Below, piece by piece: positions 1 to 14,247 of a stretch of DNA of 64,000 nucleotides. The stretch lies in the NCBI GenBank assembly GCA_026914245.1, contig CP110440.1:992001-1056000 (forward strand), given 5' to 3'. The position numbers and the translations under genes are program-made. The notes beneath the pieces are model-generated. The model saw only the letters and a program-made list of their open reading frames with translations. It searched no databases and had not been told where the DNA came from. Position 1 is the first letter of the stretch. Each line of letters begins with the position of its first letter. The stretch comes from Puccinia triticina. Taxonomy: Eukaryota.

Positions 1-691
1 GGTCACCCACTCAAAGTACCCCCTTATTCCTATTCCTTCATGTACTAATTGTATAAATAAGAATTGGCCACAGAAAGCGCCCAAAAATAGTATTACATAC
101 AAAAATTGAGTAGAACAATTAAAGTACATAAAAATAAACTGTTGTACAATAATGAGTAATATTACTTGTGTAAAAATACCTCGTGAAAGTATTATGTAGA
201 CTTCTACAGAAGCTCTTTCACATGACAATTGGTTATAAATATGTCATGTGACAGAGTCAGGGAAATTAGTCTATTTCAATACAATTAAAATACCCACAGC
301 CAAGCCCTTTTCACGGCTACAGCCCTGGATACTCCCATAGGGAGAAAGGACTCAGTGTTTTACGCCCACTGAAGTCCCCTCTATAAATAGAGGCCTCTTT
401 GGCCCTCAGGAAAAGATCCTCCAGACCATTCACCGCCCATAAACTGTAAGTTTGCCGTGAATATTCTCCTCTGCTACTATTGTAGCCCCTTTTCCTTTTA
501 AACCATCCCCAGCACGTAAAATCCACTGGATTAAACCTTTAAATATCAAAAATCCCTTATTAGCATATTTACAAGCTTTATCCTTAAAAGTAGTTGCCGT
601 AAGACCCCCGCCTCTGACAAGCAGCCAATCAGCTTAAGCGCTTACCACCTACTTTTTACGCCAAATTTATTCCCTGTAATTAATAATTATA

Positions 692-3600
692 TCCCACTTT
701 CTTAAATTCACAAAAACCTAGACCTCAAGATCTAAGTTTTGGGGTGTTTTTTTCTCACAAAATGGGACAAAAATGTCCCATTATTCTCACTACGCACATT
801 GAAAATCCTCGAAGGCCTGGAGGCCCTATGGATGACCCCCCAGCTGTGCCAAAGCAACAAGCAAAAAGGGGCCGGTTGTTAGAGGTTTCCAGGGAGGGCC
901 TAACCAATCAGTTAGGGGGCTCCCAGGGAGGGGGTAGGACGAAACCGGATCCCCTGGGGGGCATTCCAGCTTGACATTGGTGCCTGCTTTATATACTTGC
1001 ACAAATGACCTCCTGCCATCATTGCACGTATCCAGCCTTTGCGTCCAGCCAGGACCAGGTCCAGCTGCCAGCTCAACTCAACAACACACGCGACAGATAC
1101 GACAAGCCTCGACGTCACTGTTGCAAAATGCCATGCAGGTGTATCTCTTGAATACACTTGGATCATTGACCATTGTTGGGGCCCACCAGCTTGAGTAACC
1201 CAGCCACAAGACAACAACAACTCCATCTGCCGCCCTGGCAGGTGCTTGTGCACAAGTCCTCGAAAAACAGTCCCTGTATGTGCTTGCATCATGCTCAGGA
1301 GTCAGGGTACAGAACATCAGAGAACTCGGTGAGACTCGGTGTCACCCTCCACATGCAACTCAACAACGACCAACCCCCTCTGCCATACGTTCCCGGAGTC
1401 TACCAAGCGGATAGCCATCAAGCTTGCGAAGGGCTTCCATGAATTGAGTTCATCTCGCTGTTCTATCCGCGCTCGTTGGCCGGAAGACTCAACAATCAAG
1501 GCCCCTTGCTCGGCGGGCCTGACTCCAAGGTTGATGAAGTCTATGAACCGGCCCCGAGAATTTTGGAAGTCAATCACATCAGACAGTTGGCTGCATACAT
1601 TGTCAAACTGGAAGCTGGTAAGGCCTTTCTCCCTTTCCCCGAGAAAATATTGTTTCAAGAAGATTCACAGTGTCCCTTTTTTTGGACTCTGGTTCCAGGG
1701 GAGGAGGGGAGGAGCAGGCGGCGCAAGCGGGAGCGCGCCAACGCGGCCCAAATCAAAGCTCCTGAACGGCCATCTGCTGACCTACCCCATCCGACTGGAG
1801 TCGACCGACAAAGAGCTCGTTGAACGCTTCACACGGAAGCAGGATCTCTTGAACGCTTGGAAACGCTCGGCACCCACTTTTTCTCCCTGCTCTGTTCTCA
1901 GCTCTCCTTTCTCCGACTGTACCTCAAGCAACATCTGCAGACGCCCTCAAAGCCATCTGCGTCCTCGACAAGCTCCACAAAAGCCACTCAATCGACCGCA
2001 CGGCCCCATGGTCATCTCAAACGGCCCTCGCTCCCTGGACTCATCCTTTCCTTTTCCTATGGTCTTGAACGGATCGGCGGAACGACCGGCCCCTGCCACA
2101 CGACTCAGCAAGGTCGCCGGCGTATCCAATCTCAAACAAGAGCTCTTGGACAGCCGACGCCGCCCTTTGCTCGATGGTTGTACAGGCCGCCAAGACTCAG
2201 AATTACCAACCCCCCCCCCCCCCCCTTGCTCGACGGTCACAGAGGACCTTCACGCTGAAATCCTGAACCTATCCAGTTCGACGGCCATGCAGGACCGCCG
2301 AACTGAGGCCCCAAGCTCCCCGAAGCCCTCGACGGCCACACAGGACCGCCGAGACAACCCTCTACAAGCTCCTGACCCCCTCGACGGTCACACAGGCCCG
2401 CCGAGTTGACCAACGACTCCCCCTTGCTCAACGGTCATACGGACCGCCACACCGAAAACCCAAGCTCCCGACGCCCTCAACGGCCACACAGGATCGCCAA
2501 GACGGTCCCTACATGCTACAAATCTCATGAAGACCCCCTTCAAGCCCCCTTCCTACCTCGACCAAACAATTGACCGGACCGATGCCCTCAACGGCCACAT
2601 AGGATCGCCGAGACGGTCCCTACATGCTACAAATCTCATGAAGACCCCCTTCAAGCCCCCTTCCTACCTCGACCAAACAATTGACCGGACGACAGCTCAC
2701 CCAGCCCGTGTGTTTTCTTGTACTCAAACAGATGATCAATTTTTCAATCAATCACACAGCCCCACCTCCTCTCTACAAAGTTGTCAGATCCTGACTAGAC
2801 ATGGTTAACCCGGCCAGCTGATATTGATTCTGAATTACCAGGGTACATACTACATTTGAAAAACCTGGGGCAATAATCAGAGTCTACAAGATTTGATTGT
2901 AAGGCTTTAATTAAATGGGTGAATACCCTCCTGCTTTGATAAATTAGAGAAAGGACAGTAGGCAATATTCTCTTTAGTAATTTCTGGTTTACATTAAATT
3001 CTTCTGGTTGTATGCATTGGGTTTAGTTTTCTGTTTCTTCCTGATAAATGAAATTGAAATCCCTTGATAATGTTGGGCAAAATTGACACTCAGTTGAAAT
3101 TTGATTTAATGTCAAGCAAAAGTTTCTTGCATGTGTGAAATCATATTGGCCTATCTTAAACATTGTTGAGGGTATATGTAATTCAGGGGAATTGATATTA
3201 CACAAAGAAACTCATTGGTTATAATTTTTTTTTTTTTTTTTCAGGGCTATAAATAACTTTCTTACTTGGCACAGCTAATATTACACCACAATAATCATAA
3301 TGCTGAATTCTAATTAGTACACAGTGCACACTTCAATTTTCAAGGGGGGGGGAGGGTGATGCCTGAGGGTACAGCAGCATAGCTGCCCAGAAGAATTCTA
3401 ACCAACTTCAAACAGTGTTGATGAAAATCATATTGAGTTTTTCTAAAGATCTTGTCAGTTTGGGGGAATATTTGATTAAATTTGATTTTCCTACAGTGTA
3501 CGCAGATGTAGCCTATGCAGGGTAAAAAAATACAGACATCTGAGAGGAGTAGGGAGATAATTTTCATCAGCTTAGCCAAATTTTCAGCTGTGAAGGCTGG

Positions 3601-3721
3601 CTATCCTGTCAAGGGAAGAGCTGATTAGAAGAGGGGGAGCAGCTGAACCTTGGGATTTCAGCTGGGGGGGTTGCCGGCTGGAGCTTCATCCCTGCAGCGG
3701 CGTAGCCGCTTTAAACTCTAG
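692..3721 (+). mobile_element. Non-autonomous Helitron H1
   Basis: 5' A|TC at 691/692; 3' hairpin GCGGC-GTA-GCCGC then CTAG|T at 3721/3722; no TSD. The first ~270 bp are homologous to the start of H2 (30466). No Rep/helicase ORF. Confidence 0.85.
2225..2690 (+). repeat. Tandem repeats inside H1: degenerate ~50-bp units, then two 111-bp units
   Basis: Recurrent TCGACGGYCACACAGGAYCGCCG; near-exact duplication starting at 2470 and 2581. Confidence 0.75.
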
Positions 3722-4217
3722 TATTATTAATTACATAATAAATTCTCCTCTTTTTAAAGAGTGTTTTAAAACCCTTGTAGTGGCCAAATTACCACGAAAC
3801 AAGTTTAGTAATTTATATTACTAGTGTTTACATCAGCACAGTTATAGTGCTAGGGCCCAAAACCCTTAATTTTGACGGGTTTTTGCCCTAAGTTTCATAA
3901 ACAGAGCTGTCAGGTTTTGGCTGCCCTGGGCAGTGGGATGGAGTGCACACCCATTTGAGTGCCCCTTGTTCACTTATAATTATTCTACATCATCTATGGC
4001 AGGAGTTCATGCACATGATATTGATACCTCATTCTTGTTCTTTTCTTCCAATTGGAGTTCATTCTTGTGAAGCATCTTATTGTTTCTTTTGGCCTATTCA
4101 AGAAGATAGACAATTTCTTGCCAATTATAAGCAATCAACTGTCCACTTTGTCCAGCTAATACAATATCTAATCACCAACTTGGTCATATAGGTTAATTGG
4201 AAGTGATTCAGGTCAAT

Positions 4218-5536
4218 AGGGGGTTTCAAACCACCTCCAGGAAGTGGTCCAGGTTGGCATTTCCAGCAAAAAAATCCCCTGCCAAAAAAACACTCCTGTG
4301 ACATGGAGTTTGAGTCCCCCCAAATGTTCAAGTACAGGAATTCAGACCCAGAAATCACTCCCAGGAAAGGCAGGAGGCTTTTTCTGAGTATATTCCATTG
4401 CGCCGGTGTCCCGAAGGGCCATTGTGATGATGAGTTTGTACCTCCTAAACTCATCAACACCCACCACACCACTGGTTTGTACTCTAGATGGATGGTCCAA
4501 ACTGCCCATTAAGAAGTTTTGAGTCATCTTGACGACCGTTTGTACTGGTCATTGAGCAGTTTGAGTCCTCTTAATGACCGGTACAAGCCGGTCATTGGTG
4601 AGGTCTGAGTCCTCCCAATGTGCAAAACAGAGCAACCAAACCCTGTTGAACCTCAGCCCCGAACTGAACTGAACCCCCAGGAGGTTTTTTCTCACCATCT
4701 TTTGACCCTACAAACTGGTCATCAAGGTGACTGGAGCTTCTTGATGGCTGGTTTGACCAGTCATTGAGAGAACTCAAACCCTCTTGATGGTTGGTCAGCC
4801 CGGTCATTGAGAGGGCTCAAGCTGCTCAATGACCAGTACAAACTGGTCATTGAGATGACTCAAGCTGCTCAATGACCGGTCTGGATGGTCAATGGGAGGA
4901 ATCAAACCCTCTCAATGACCGGTCTGCCCGGTAATCAAGAGGGCTCAAGCTGCTCAATGACCAGTACAAACTGGTCATCAAGATGACTCAACTTCTCAAT
5001 GACTGGTCTGACCAGTCATTGAGAGAACTCAAGCTCCTCAATGACTGTCTGGATGGTCATTGGGAGGAATCAAACCTAATCAATGAGTTGAGTCATCTTG
5101 ATGACCAGTTTGTACTGGTCATTGAGCAGCTTGAGCCCTCTTGATGACCAGGCAGACCGGTCATTGAGAGGGTTTGATTCCTCCCATTGACCGTCCAGAC
5201 TGGTCATTGAGCAGCTTGAGTCATCTCAATGACCGGGCTGACCAACCATCGAGAGGGTTTGAGTTCTCTCAATGACTGGTCAAACCAGCCATCAAGAAGC
5301 TCCAGTCACCTTCACGACCAATTTATACGGTGGGAAGATGGTGAGAAAAAACCTCCCAAGGGTTCAGTTTGGAAGGGTTTGGTTGCTCTGTTTTGCACCA
5401 GTTTTTCCTGATTTCCTGGAGCTCCTGGAGGGTCTTCCCAGTCAGGAATCCAGGTCTGCAGGAGGCGTTCCAGGTTGTGTTTTTTTCCTGGAAAGTCAGA
5501 CCTGGACAACTTCCTAGAGGTGGTTTGAAACCCCCT
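4218..5536. mobile_element. Non-autonomous TIR element (PIF/Harbinger-like MITE) with a palindromic minisatellite core
   Basis: Inverted termini AGGGGGTTTCAAACCACCT / AGGTGGTTTGAAACCCCCT, similarity ~55 bp. Flanked by AAT/AAT (TA/TA if the ends are shifted by 1). Internal ~36-bp GTCATTGAG...CTCAATGAC units at 4520-5290. Confidence 0.75.
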
Positions 5537-5996
5537 AATATCTGCCTCATGACCAATTTTGCGCCCAGAAACTGTTTGTTGAACAGTTGGTTGGTTGGGC
5601 TTTCTGCTTGTCAATTGGGTGTCAGCTTCTAGACTTCCTTTTTGTGTCTACAATTCTAGTGTGCAGCTCTTTGGTAGGATTTTGACCAATCTCAAAGCCA
5701 AATTAGAATTTTATATATCATGATCAGCAAAAGAACATAAACTCAAAAAGAAAACATATGAGAACAACCTTTATGGCAAGAGAGGTGAGCACAAAAAGGT
5801 CCCCAAATCCTAGCAACAAGAATCAATGGAAATTCATAATGAATGGAAGAAGAACACAAATGAGAAGAGAGAGCAAACAGAACAGGAGGAGTGGGGAGAG
5901 GATAGGGGAGGAGAGGGATGAGAAGGTGAGGATATGCAGTCTTCCATGTATTCCCGGAGTCTATGTATGTTTTGAGAAGAAAGGAAGATTGAATGT

Positions 5997-7127
5997 TTAA
6001 TCTTCCTTGGCAGGTGTGTCGTTGCCGCTGCTTGCTACTGCAGCTTCTGTAGCCCCGTTGGTCAGCTTTGACTTCTTGTTGGCCTTCTTCTGCTCTTTCT
6101 CAGCCAGTTTTTCTGCCTTCGATTTTTTTACCTGATAGCAGGTGAGACGGGACAGGGGTTTTTTGAGTATAATGAAAAAAATGGAATTCCCAGGGAAGAA
6201 AAAAACAAACGGAAGGACTTACTTTTTTGGGTGGGGGGATGTCCCAAGCCCACAGTGGGATGAACGAGTCGACCTAATAGAAATAGATGGTTGTTTCAGT
6301 CAAGTGATTATATGGAGGATGGATGGTATTGATCAAGTATCAAAGCAAGACTCAACAAATCCGACGTCTTCGAATAGGTTAGGGAACAACCAAATCCCGG
6401 GAGAGACAGCGATCCAGGTGATGATGTAAAGGATCAAACGGATGATAGCGATGACGAAGAAGAGACCGACAAAGCCGAGGGCGGCCATGGAGAGGTACCA
6501 TACACCGATTCGAAGGCTCATCGGCCAGAGGGGGAACATGACTCCAGCAAGGACGACGAGGACCATGAGTGCGGCACCAGCGATGACCATCAGCTGGTTG
6601 CCGTCGTAGAGCCAGGCATAGTAGCTTTCTCCGTCGAACAACTGGGCAGGGTTGATTTGTAGCACCTTTGCACCGGCTATCGATTGCGAGGTCCGCTCGA
6701 CTCGTAGAAAAAACGCATAGGGTATGATCGTGTTCAGTAGCGCTGTCGCCGCTGCTTCATCTGTGATCGGCGGTGAACTGCTCGGGTGAATCTTTGCATA
6801 CGATGGTGAGAGCAAGGCCTTGATGGCTGCTTTTCCCTTGAAGTAATCGTGTCGCTATGAAACACAGAAGAAGAGGTTGGCATATTCGGCTAGAATTATT
6901 CCACAGGAAACAAAAATTGCTTACCTTTCCTTCCAGGACACCGGTCTTGGTCTTTAATTCGGCCTTAGATCTGAGATATTGGACGACGGCAAGAAGTTCA
7001 CCTGTGAGACAGAAAGCAGCGGAAGAGACAAGACAGCTGTTTAGGAAGGCAGACCTCAGGGTAGAGAAAGTCAGAAAGAGGCGAGACGGGGGAAGGACTG
7101 ACGAGGAATAGCCTTTTGTTGTTCCAT
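5997..7127 (-). CDS. SEC62: Translocation protein Sec62, 5 exons (7127-7103, 7001-6925, 6854-6357, 6273-6223, 6131-5997), 261 aa
   Basis: Four GT-AG introns give an open frame: MEQQKAIPRELLAVVQYLRSKAELKTKTGVLEGKRHDYFKGKAAIKALL...YYAWLYDG...MFPLWP...IRLILYIITW...PGIWLFPNLFEDVGFVDSFIPLWAWD. These are Sec62 motifs with two TM helices and a lysine-rich tail. Confidence 0.95.
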
Positions 7128-7595
7128 GACGAGATGTGGGCCTGGCTGAGGAAGTTGATGAACGGGTCTGGAGTTAGTTGGTTGGGTGGGGGTGGAGTGC
7201 GGGTGTTTTTATGCGGCGTGACAGTGTAGACGTGGTGACGGTGAGACTCGTCTCGGGGACGGAGGAGGTCCACTGGGACAAAACACAGCCAGGGACCCCC
7301 CGGGGCCTCGGGACGGAAAACAGATCATTGGACATGTTGGAACCTGTTGGAACAAGCCTTGAGAAACCCTGTATAGGCTGTATTCCATTCAGGACCCTTC
7401 AAGAGCCTGCTTGTTTCGACAGTGCTTGCTTCAAGACTTGTGTATGATCCCTCAAACCCTGAAGCATCATCATAATCAGATTGAATATAAGTGTTCAGGG
7501 TGTGATCTTTATCAAGAAAAACTAAACCCCTGCGCACCGGGTTCAGATCCTGTGACACTCAGGCACACAAACTTAGGCCCCTTTGGCACCAAGTG

Positions 7596-7790
7596 GGGGG
7601 GTTCACAATTGAATTTTACTAAACTTTGGAGCTAAATTTAAGGCCTTTATGCACAAAATTAATTTTGAAATTTTGGTAAAATGCACAGCAGCAAGTGATA
7701 CTGATCAATCAGTCCAATGCATCAAGTTATTAAAAAAGGTTCATAAAGAACTTAAAATGTGTCCCAAAGTTTTGCAATTCTGAACCCCCC
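7596..7790. mobile_element. Possible small MITE
   Basis: Inverted ends GGGGGGTTCACAATTG / CAATTCTGAACCCCCC around an AT-rich interior; no clear TSD. Confidence 0.4.
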
Positions 7791-10209
7791 TATATAATCA
7801 ACGCAAAGATTTTATGATTATATTGGTGAAATAATGAGGGTGTTTGGACAACTGATATATACAATCTTTTGTAATTACTGTTACTACATGTTGATACATC
7901 AATATATTGGAAGCTTAGAATTTCAGACCTGATAGCTTGCAGATTTGGACCCACAATGGAAAGCCAAGATCCACCCAACCAGCCTGATAGAGATAGTCAT
8001 TCGGTACCTGCGGCGGGTACCTAGTACCGCTTGGCGGGTACCCTTTGCACCCGCGGCGCGGTGCAGGGTGCGGTACTACACGGCGGGCGCGTTTCGCCGT
8101 CAGGAGGACAGAGATTTCCTGTACTCAGGACTCTGTTTGACCCACCAGTGGTTGACAACATGATGGCAGGGCGCACAATGTCTGCCAAAGAGCCGGCAGG
8201 CACACCGGTTGGATGGCCGGTGTAATAGCAGTGTCAATGACAGCCAGCAGATCTTCCACACAACCAGGGCTGTCTTGAGGACGACAGAATGAGTGGCATT
8301 GGGACAAGCCCCCCACATGCTATAACCTTAAACACCAACCCCCAAGGTCGGTCATAGGCGGCAGAATACTGGCGCTCAGACCCAGGCAGGCCGCGAGCCC
8401 AATTTACAGTCTTACTGGACGGCAATTATTTTTACTTTAGCAGATTGATTTTCTTTGCAAACTCAACCAGCAAAAATATATTTATGTACACCAAGCTGAT
8501 TAACAACTACAAACATTACATATAGACTACTATTACAAAAATTTTGAGCTTATTATCCACGATAACGGGCCGTAGGAAAACAAAAAGAGAGCAAAACAAG
8601 AGTAAGAGACGAGGGAGGAGCAAGCAATTGAGGAGTGAGGGAGCGAGGAACGATGGAGAAAGGAACAATGGAGCAATGGGGGGAGGAGCAAGAAGGAAGG
8701 ATGGAGGAAGGAGGGAGGAGCGAGGAAGGGAGGATGGAGGAGCAAGGAGGGATGGAGAGGTGAGTGAGAAGCAAAGGGGGGTACTTGAGACTTGGGAGGA
8801 CAAGAGCATGCCTTTGTACTCTCAAAGTCAAGAAGCAGGTGACGTCACCGGCCCTGCTGTTCAAATTTTCCCCAAGGACTTGTGCACAGGACTGACCACC
8901 ATCTGCCCGGGAAACTGACCAAGTTGAGCAGCTCCCAACAGGTCTGGCATCATGACCAATAATATTTGGTCATGTTGCCGGTCTCTGGCGAAGCAGATGT
9001 GGTTTTGCCAGGGTTGGGTCCGACCTCACGTCCTGGCGTACAGAGATGGGGCAGTGCGTCGTCTGCAGGGCCCTGATCAGGCAGTTTGCGGTCACCTGGG
9101 GTGATTTAGGCGTCAATCCGGCCCGCCCGTTGGCTGGACAGACTGGATTGTCCTCGATCGCTCCCGCTGTGTAGGTACTGGGTTTTGGCCGGAAAGCGGT
9201 GCAGTACCTGGGTACTGCCTACAAGTACCTCCCACCCCCCAGGGGATTGAGGGCCTTGACTCGGTATGGAGCTCTGCTTGGTGCTAGGCCGGCGGCAGCG
9301 CTGGGAGGGGAAAAGGTGCTCTGGGAGCTGCCCTCACGGATGGTTGGGATGAGTCGTAGGGGATTCAAATGATAGCTTTGGGGGAAGTGGTTTTGAGTGT
9401 TGTTTTGCCGGGGTTTGGATCCTCAGCGGCGGTTGGTTTTGTTGGTAGGATTCTGAGGGTGAATGGACTCTGGAAGGGGGGCTCTTGGGACTCGGAAAAA
9501 TGATCTATGAAATTGATAACCCCTGACTTGGATCAGAACAGGTGCTATGGCCTCCTATCCTCCAAGCTTGCCGGGAACTTGGATTCCTGGAGGCCTGTCA
9601 CAAGCATGTCATCATCTCCTTGCGCGCCGTGCGCGCGCACACAACACAGACAACAGAGAAAAGAAGAGAGAAAACAACACCAGAAGAGGAAGCAGAAATA
9701 AAACAAGGAGATAAATCAAGAACCAAAGGGGACCAACAATCTAAGAAATGAGGAAGAAGGAAACATAGCAGAGAAGAGGAAGGAGAGAAGAAGGAAAACA
9801 ACCACAAATCTCAAATAAACCCACAGTACATTCTGTGTTAGGACCAAGAAAGAGAAAGATGAAAAAGGAAAAAGGAAGTGGAAGTGAGAATGAGGAGAAT
9901 GGGGGGGAAAAGGGGAAACATAGAATCTGAGGGAATCTTGAGGGTTGGACCTTGAAGCTTGAGTCTTGATCTTGAGGATCTTGAGGGCTGATCTTGAAAT
10001 TTGAAGCTGACTACTGTTTTGGCCACCACATCACCCCACCATTTACAGTCTGTCCCCAGACTGCGCTCTCGTCGCCAAAAATCCAAAGAGAAACCGCGCT
10101 AAAGTAAAAGCAGAAAAAGGGGTCCCACAAGCGGCTCACGGCAGTGGCTAGAGTAATGCTTACAACAAACGGAGTAGTAGGACCCGAGGTGCATACTAAG
10201 GAGGGGGAC

Positions 10210-13200
10210 TTACTTCTGGTCAGTAATGCCCCCACGCGGAAAGTACTGCTTGACCTGATCCGCCGCAAACCAATGCTTGAGTTCCGTTCCATCAAGCTCC
10301 GAAAGGACATAAGAGCCGCCCTCGACCTGCTTGACAATCCGATAGGGCCCGTTCCATTTATGGGCAAAGAGCTGGCCCCACTGGACCTCCAACAACCGAT
10401 TGTAAGCAAGAACTAGCGTTCCGGGAATGAGGGGGTCGCGCAGCCGATCCGAGATTCGATCTTGCCAGTAACTGATAGCTTCAGCCCAAGACTTCATCAT
10501 TCGGTCATACGCAACTCGCCGGGAATCTTCGCTGCGCTCGAGTTGCTTCGACTGCGCCACTAGTAGGTCGGAGGTTTCGCGCACCTCCTCCCAGTCCACT
10601 CCGAGGAAAGAATTGATGTCCAGATCAATGGGAAGAGCGGCGCGCTGTCCAAACACCAGCTCATACGGGGAGTAACCTGTCGTGCGCTTGGTGGAGATGC
10701 GATCCGCGAACAGCACCAACGGTAAGAACTTTCGACAGTTCTTGCCAGACTCTCCCGCCAACTTGACTAGGGCTGCCTTGAGGGGCGCGTGCCCTCGCTC
10801 AAACATGCCTTGCGCCTCGGGATAATACGGCTTCGAGACCCAATGCTGGCCCGGCAAAGACCGCAGCATCTCCGCCAAAGCCCCACCAAATTCTGACCCA
10901 CCGTCAGTTGAGTATGAGCGCGCCAGACTGTATCGCATGGTCCAGTGTTCTTGAAGGAACGTGGCGACAGCCTCAGAGGTGATGTTGTTCAGGAATTTAG
11001 CCTCCGCCCAGCCCGAAAAATTGTCACGTGCGACAATAAGGTACTTTGCACCGCTAGCTTTGATGTGTACAACGTCCATAGAGACTCGACCAAACAGTGT
11101 GTGCTCGCCTGTCGGGTAGCGCATTTCCATCGGCCATTGCAAGTCCCTCTTCTGGCAGGATTTGCAGCTTCGACACCAGAACTGAACCGACCTCTTCAGC
11201 GCCGGCCACCAAAAACGCTCTGCTACCCGCCAATAGGTTTCCGCCGAGCCCCTGTGGCCGAGATCCTCGTGTAGACGGCGAAGAATCTCTTCCTGCTTGC
11301 TCGGAAGGGTGACCACGATCCTGGGCAAAGGACTTCCTCTTTTCATGAGATGTCCCGCCTGCACAAAGAAATCGGAGGCTTTCCTCCTCAGCGCCTGATA
11401 AGCCACCGCGTCTAGCCCATCGGGTCGTTCCAACGTCCTGAGATAGTCCTCCAACTGCCGCCAGAAACCCTCTTGGAAACCATTGTAGGGTGGCGGCTCA
11501 GCAACCGAGAAAGACAACATAGGCCGGATGACAGGTGCCTCCTCGTCAAACTCTGACAAAGGTGGGTCGGAATCGCCATTGCCTTGCGGTCTTTGAGACA
11601 GTCTGTCTGGCATGGTAAATGATTTGCCCGGACAATGAGAGATGTCGAAAGAAAAAAGGTGGATAAAGGAAACCCAGCGCGTCATCGGAGTGTTAGGTAG
11701 ACTAGGCGCGTTGATCATTTGCACAAGGGACTAAGCGTCAACGAGGAGCTCAAAGTGCCACCCCCACAAGACAATCTGCAGCTTCTTGAGAATCCGCGCA
11801 CCGCCGCAAAGCTCCAGTTTTGGCTGGGAGTAGCGTGATTCTACGTCGGAGAAGAGCAGGGATTCGTAGAGGGCCGGTCGGTCGGCACTGCTTGCGTCTT
11901 GTTGAGTAAGGATGGCCCCTACGGCGTGGTACCTAGAGTCAACGGCAAGTTTGAGCTTCCCTGCGTCGGGTCCGTACAACACCTTTGCCAACACAATGTC
12001 CCTGCCCACAAGCGCTTTAAGTCGCTGGAAGGCAACCTCGCAATCCTCAGTCCAGACAAATGGAGTGTCCTTGCGAGTCAGCCTCCAAAGGGGAACACAA
12101 ATTTGTGAAAGCGCGGGGATAAATATCCGCACGTACACGACTACTCCCAAAAACCCGCGGAACTCAGTTGCGTCCGATGGAGTTGACCAGCTCAGGATCT
12201 TGTTAATCTTGCTTTTCGCCATCCGACGGCCCTCCTTGCACACAACATGGCCCACAATCTCTAGAGCCGGGACGCACGCCGCTAGTTTCGTGGCGGACAC
12301 CGTCAACCCCGCCTCCTCAATCCGAAAGAGCACCCGTTCCAGGGTGGTAGCATATTCCCACACAAAGCACAGTACCCCAGGATGCCACGCCAGAACTTTG
12401 TTATTGTAATCTGAGACTGGACCCTTGATGACCCCCTCATCGATGAATACCCCAGCATGATACGGAATCTCCTCCTGCAGGACCCACATCATCTGCGCTT
12501 GATAGACAGCGACAGAATTGGTGGCGCCCTGCGGGAGGCGCGTCAGCTGGAACCTGCCAAGAGGCGTATCAAAAGTCGTCAAAGGGCGTGAGATTGGATC
12601 AAGGGCGCGCTCATTGTAACCACCCAAGATGTCCCCAAGCCCGTAGCAAACCCAACCCAAGAAAGACTTGACAAAATCTTTGGTAGCCGGGGGAACTCCG
12701 GCGTCCTTCACGGTAACTTTGTTCAGAGGTTGAAGATCATGGATGATCCTGAGCTTCCCGTTTGATTTGAGGACGCAAAACACCGGGCTCAAATACGACG
12801 AGGTGGATTGTTCATACAACCCGTTGCGGACTCGCTCCCTAAGGATCCTGGTGTACTTGTCCAGCTTTGCAGCGGGTATAGGGATGCGCTTCTTCTGCCA
12901 GGGCTTGTGTTCGACGACCGGGATTATGTAGGAAAGACCGTACAACTCCTTGAGAAGCCCACGCTCCGACTCATCAAAGGCAATCAACTGGTTACGCTTG
13001 TCTAAAACATTCGTGATGAGGTTCAATTCGTCCGGCCAAAGCCAGCCATCTGGCCCAAAATTCACTACTTGGAGACGATCGGCGGTGACACGCCCCTTTG
13101 GAAGGAAAGGGCCCACCAACAAGCGAGGAAGAGGTTGGTAGGGATCTTGAGATAGGGGAGGTCTCTGGAGTGGGGGATTGAGAGATTGCGGCATCGGCTG

Positions 13201-14247
13201 ATTGATAGGCTTGACTTTCCAAGAGACCGGTTTGTACTTCGTTGCAAACACCACAAATTCTCCGGCTTTCCAGGCGCCCAAAAGCGCGGATTGAGATTGA
13301 GCGCCAAGGCCGCTCTGGAGCAAGCTCCACGTCCGTAGCTCCGAAAAACCCTCGAAAGGAGCCTTATCTGCGTAAGAAAACCCGGGCGGCGGAGAACGGC
13401 TCACGATAGTGGCACAAGGTAGAGCTTTGACAACGTTTGGAGCATCACGCCCGGAGGTGCATAATTGGAGAGAACTTACTTCTAGTCTCCGATTCCTCCA
13501 CAGCACACCTTGTTCCTCCACATTCACCCAAATTTCCATACTTGAAGCAAATAGTTTCACCTCATTGCGGAGGATCTTTAGTTTATCCTCGTCGCGGAGG
13601 CTCGGAAGTTTAGCCTCATTGCGGAGGGTCCTTGCAGACAGGCCTAGTTTAACCTCGTCGCAGAGGGCCACAAAGGACGAAACTAGTTTATTCTCATTGC
13701 GGAGAGAAGGATTGGAGAGTAGTTGAGTCTTGTTTCGGAGACGAGGATGACGCGACAGGATGGGGCGGGGGGATGAGGTGCCTAAAGCGGGGAAAAAGCG
13801 GAATTACGACCGGTCGCTCACGTGTGTGGCACAAGGTAATGTTTTTGAAGACGCGGTAGTATCTACCCGGAAGTGCATACTCAGAAGGGGACTTACTTCT
13901 GTATTTTGTGCCCCTGCGGAAGCTCCGAGATCCACATCCTGGTTCTTGCTTGGGTTGCCGGCTTGGCGTGACCTCTTTGACGGGCCGCAGGCGAAGGCTT
14001 GAGAGTGACTTAAAAATGGAGACTGGAAACTGGCGGAATAGGAATTGTTTTCAGGTTTTGACTTTTTCTGATGTTTTTGGGTTTTGATCTTATTGGTAGT
14101 AGAAACAGGAATCGACGAGTTTGAAATTGATGATGGAAAGGTAGTTCTAGAAGTTCAAGTCTCAAAGAACGGAGTAGATCCCTTGGCCAGAATTTGAGAC
14201 TCCTGATTAAGACGGCCAGTGATCGGATCAACTCCTCTCATAAAAAA
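10210..14247 (-). pseudogene. pol: Element A pol (linker-RT-RNase H-integrase) with premature stops
   Basis: ORFs 11731-13671 and 10210-11724 are co-linear with B pol and split by TAG at 11731. RT motif FIDEG (FIDDG in B), integrase ARDN (ARDD in B), HHCC finger and GPY motif present. Confidence 0.9.

Noticed and set aside
1339..2409. 356-aa ORF as a real gene
   Set aside because: Non-ATG start, no recognisable domain, runs into tandem repeats, and lies inside a Helitron.
8516..8918. Overlapping low-complexity ORFs
   Set aside because: Artefact of a purine-rich tract inside the hAT element.
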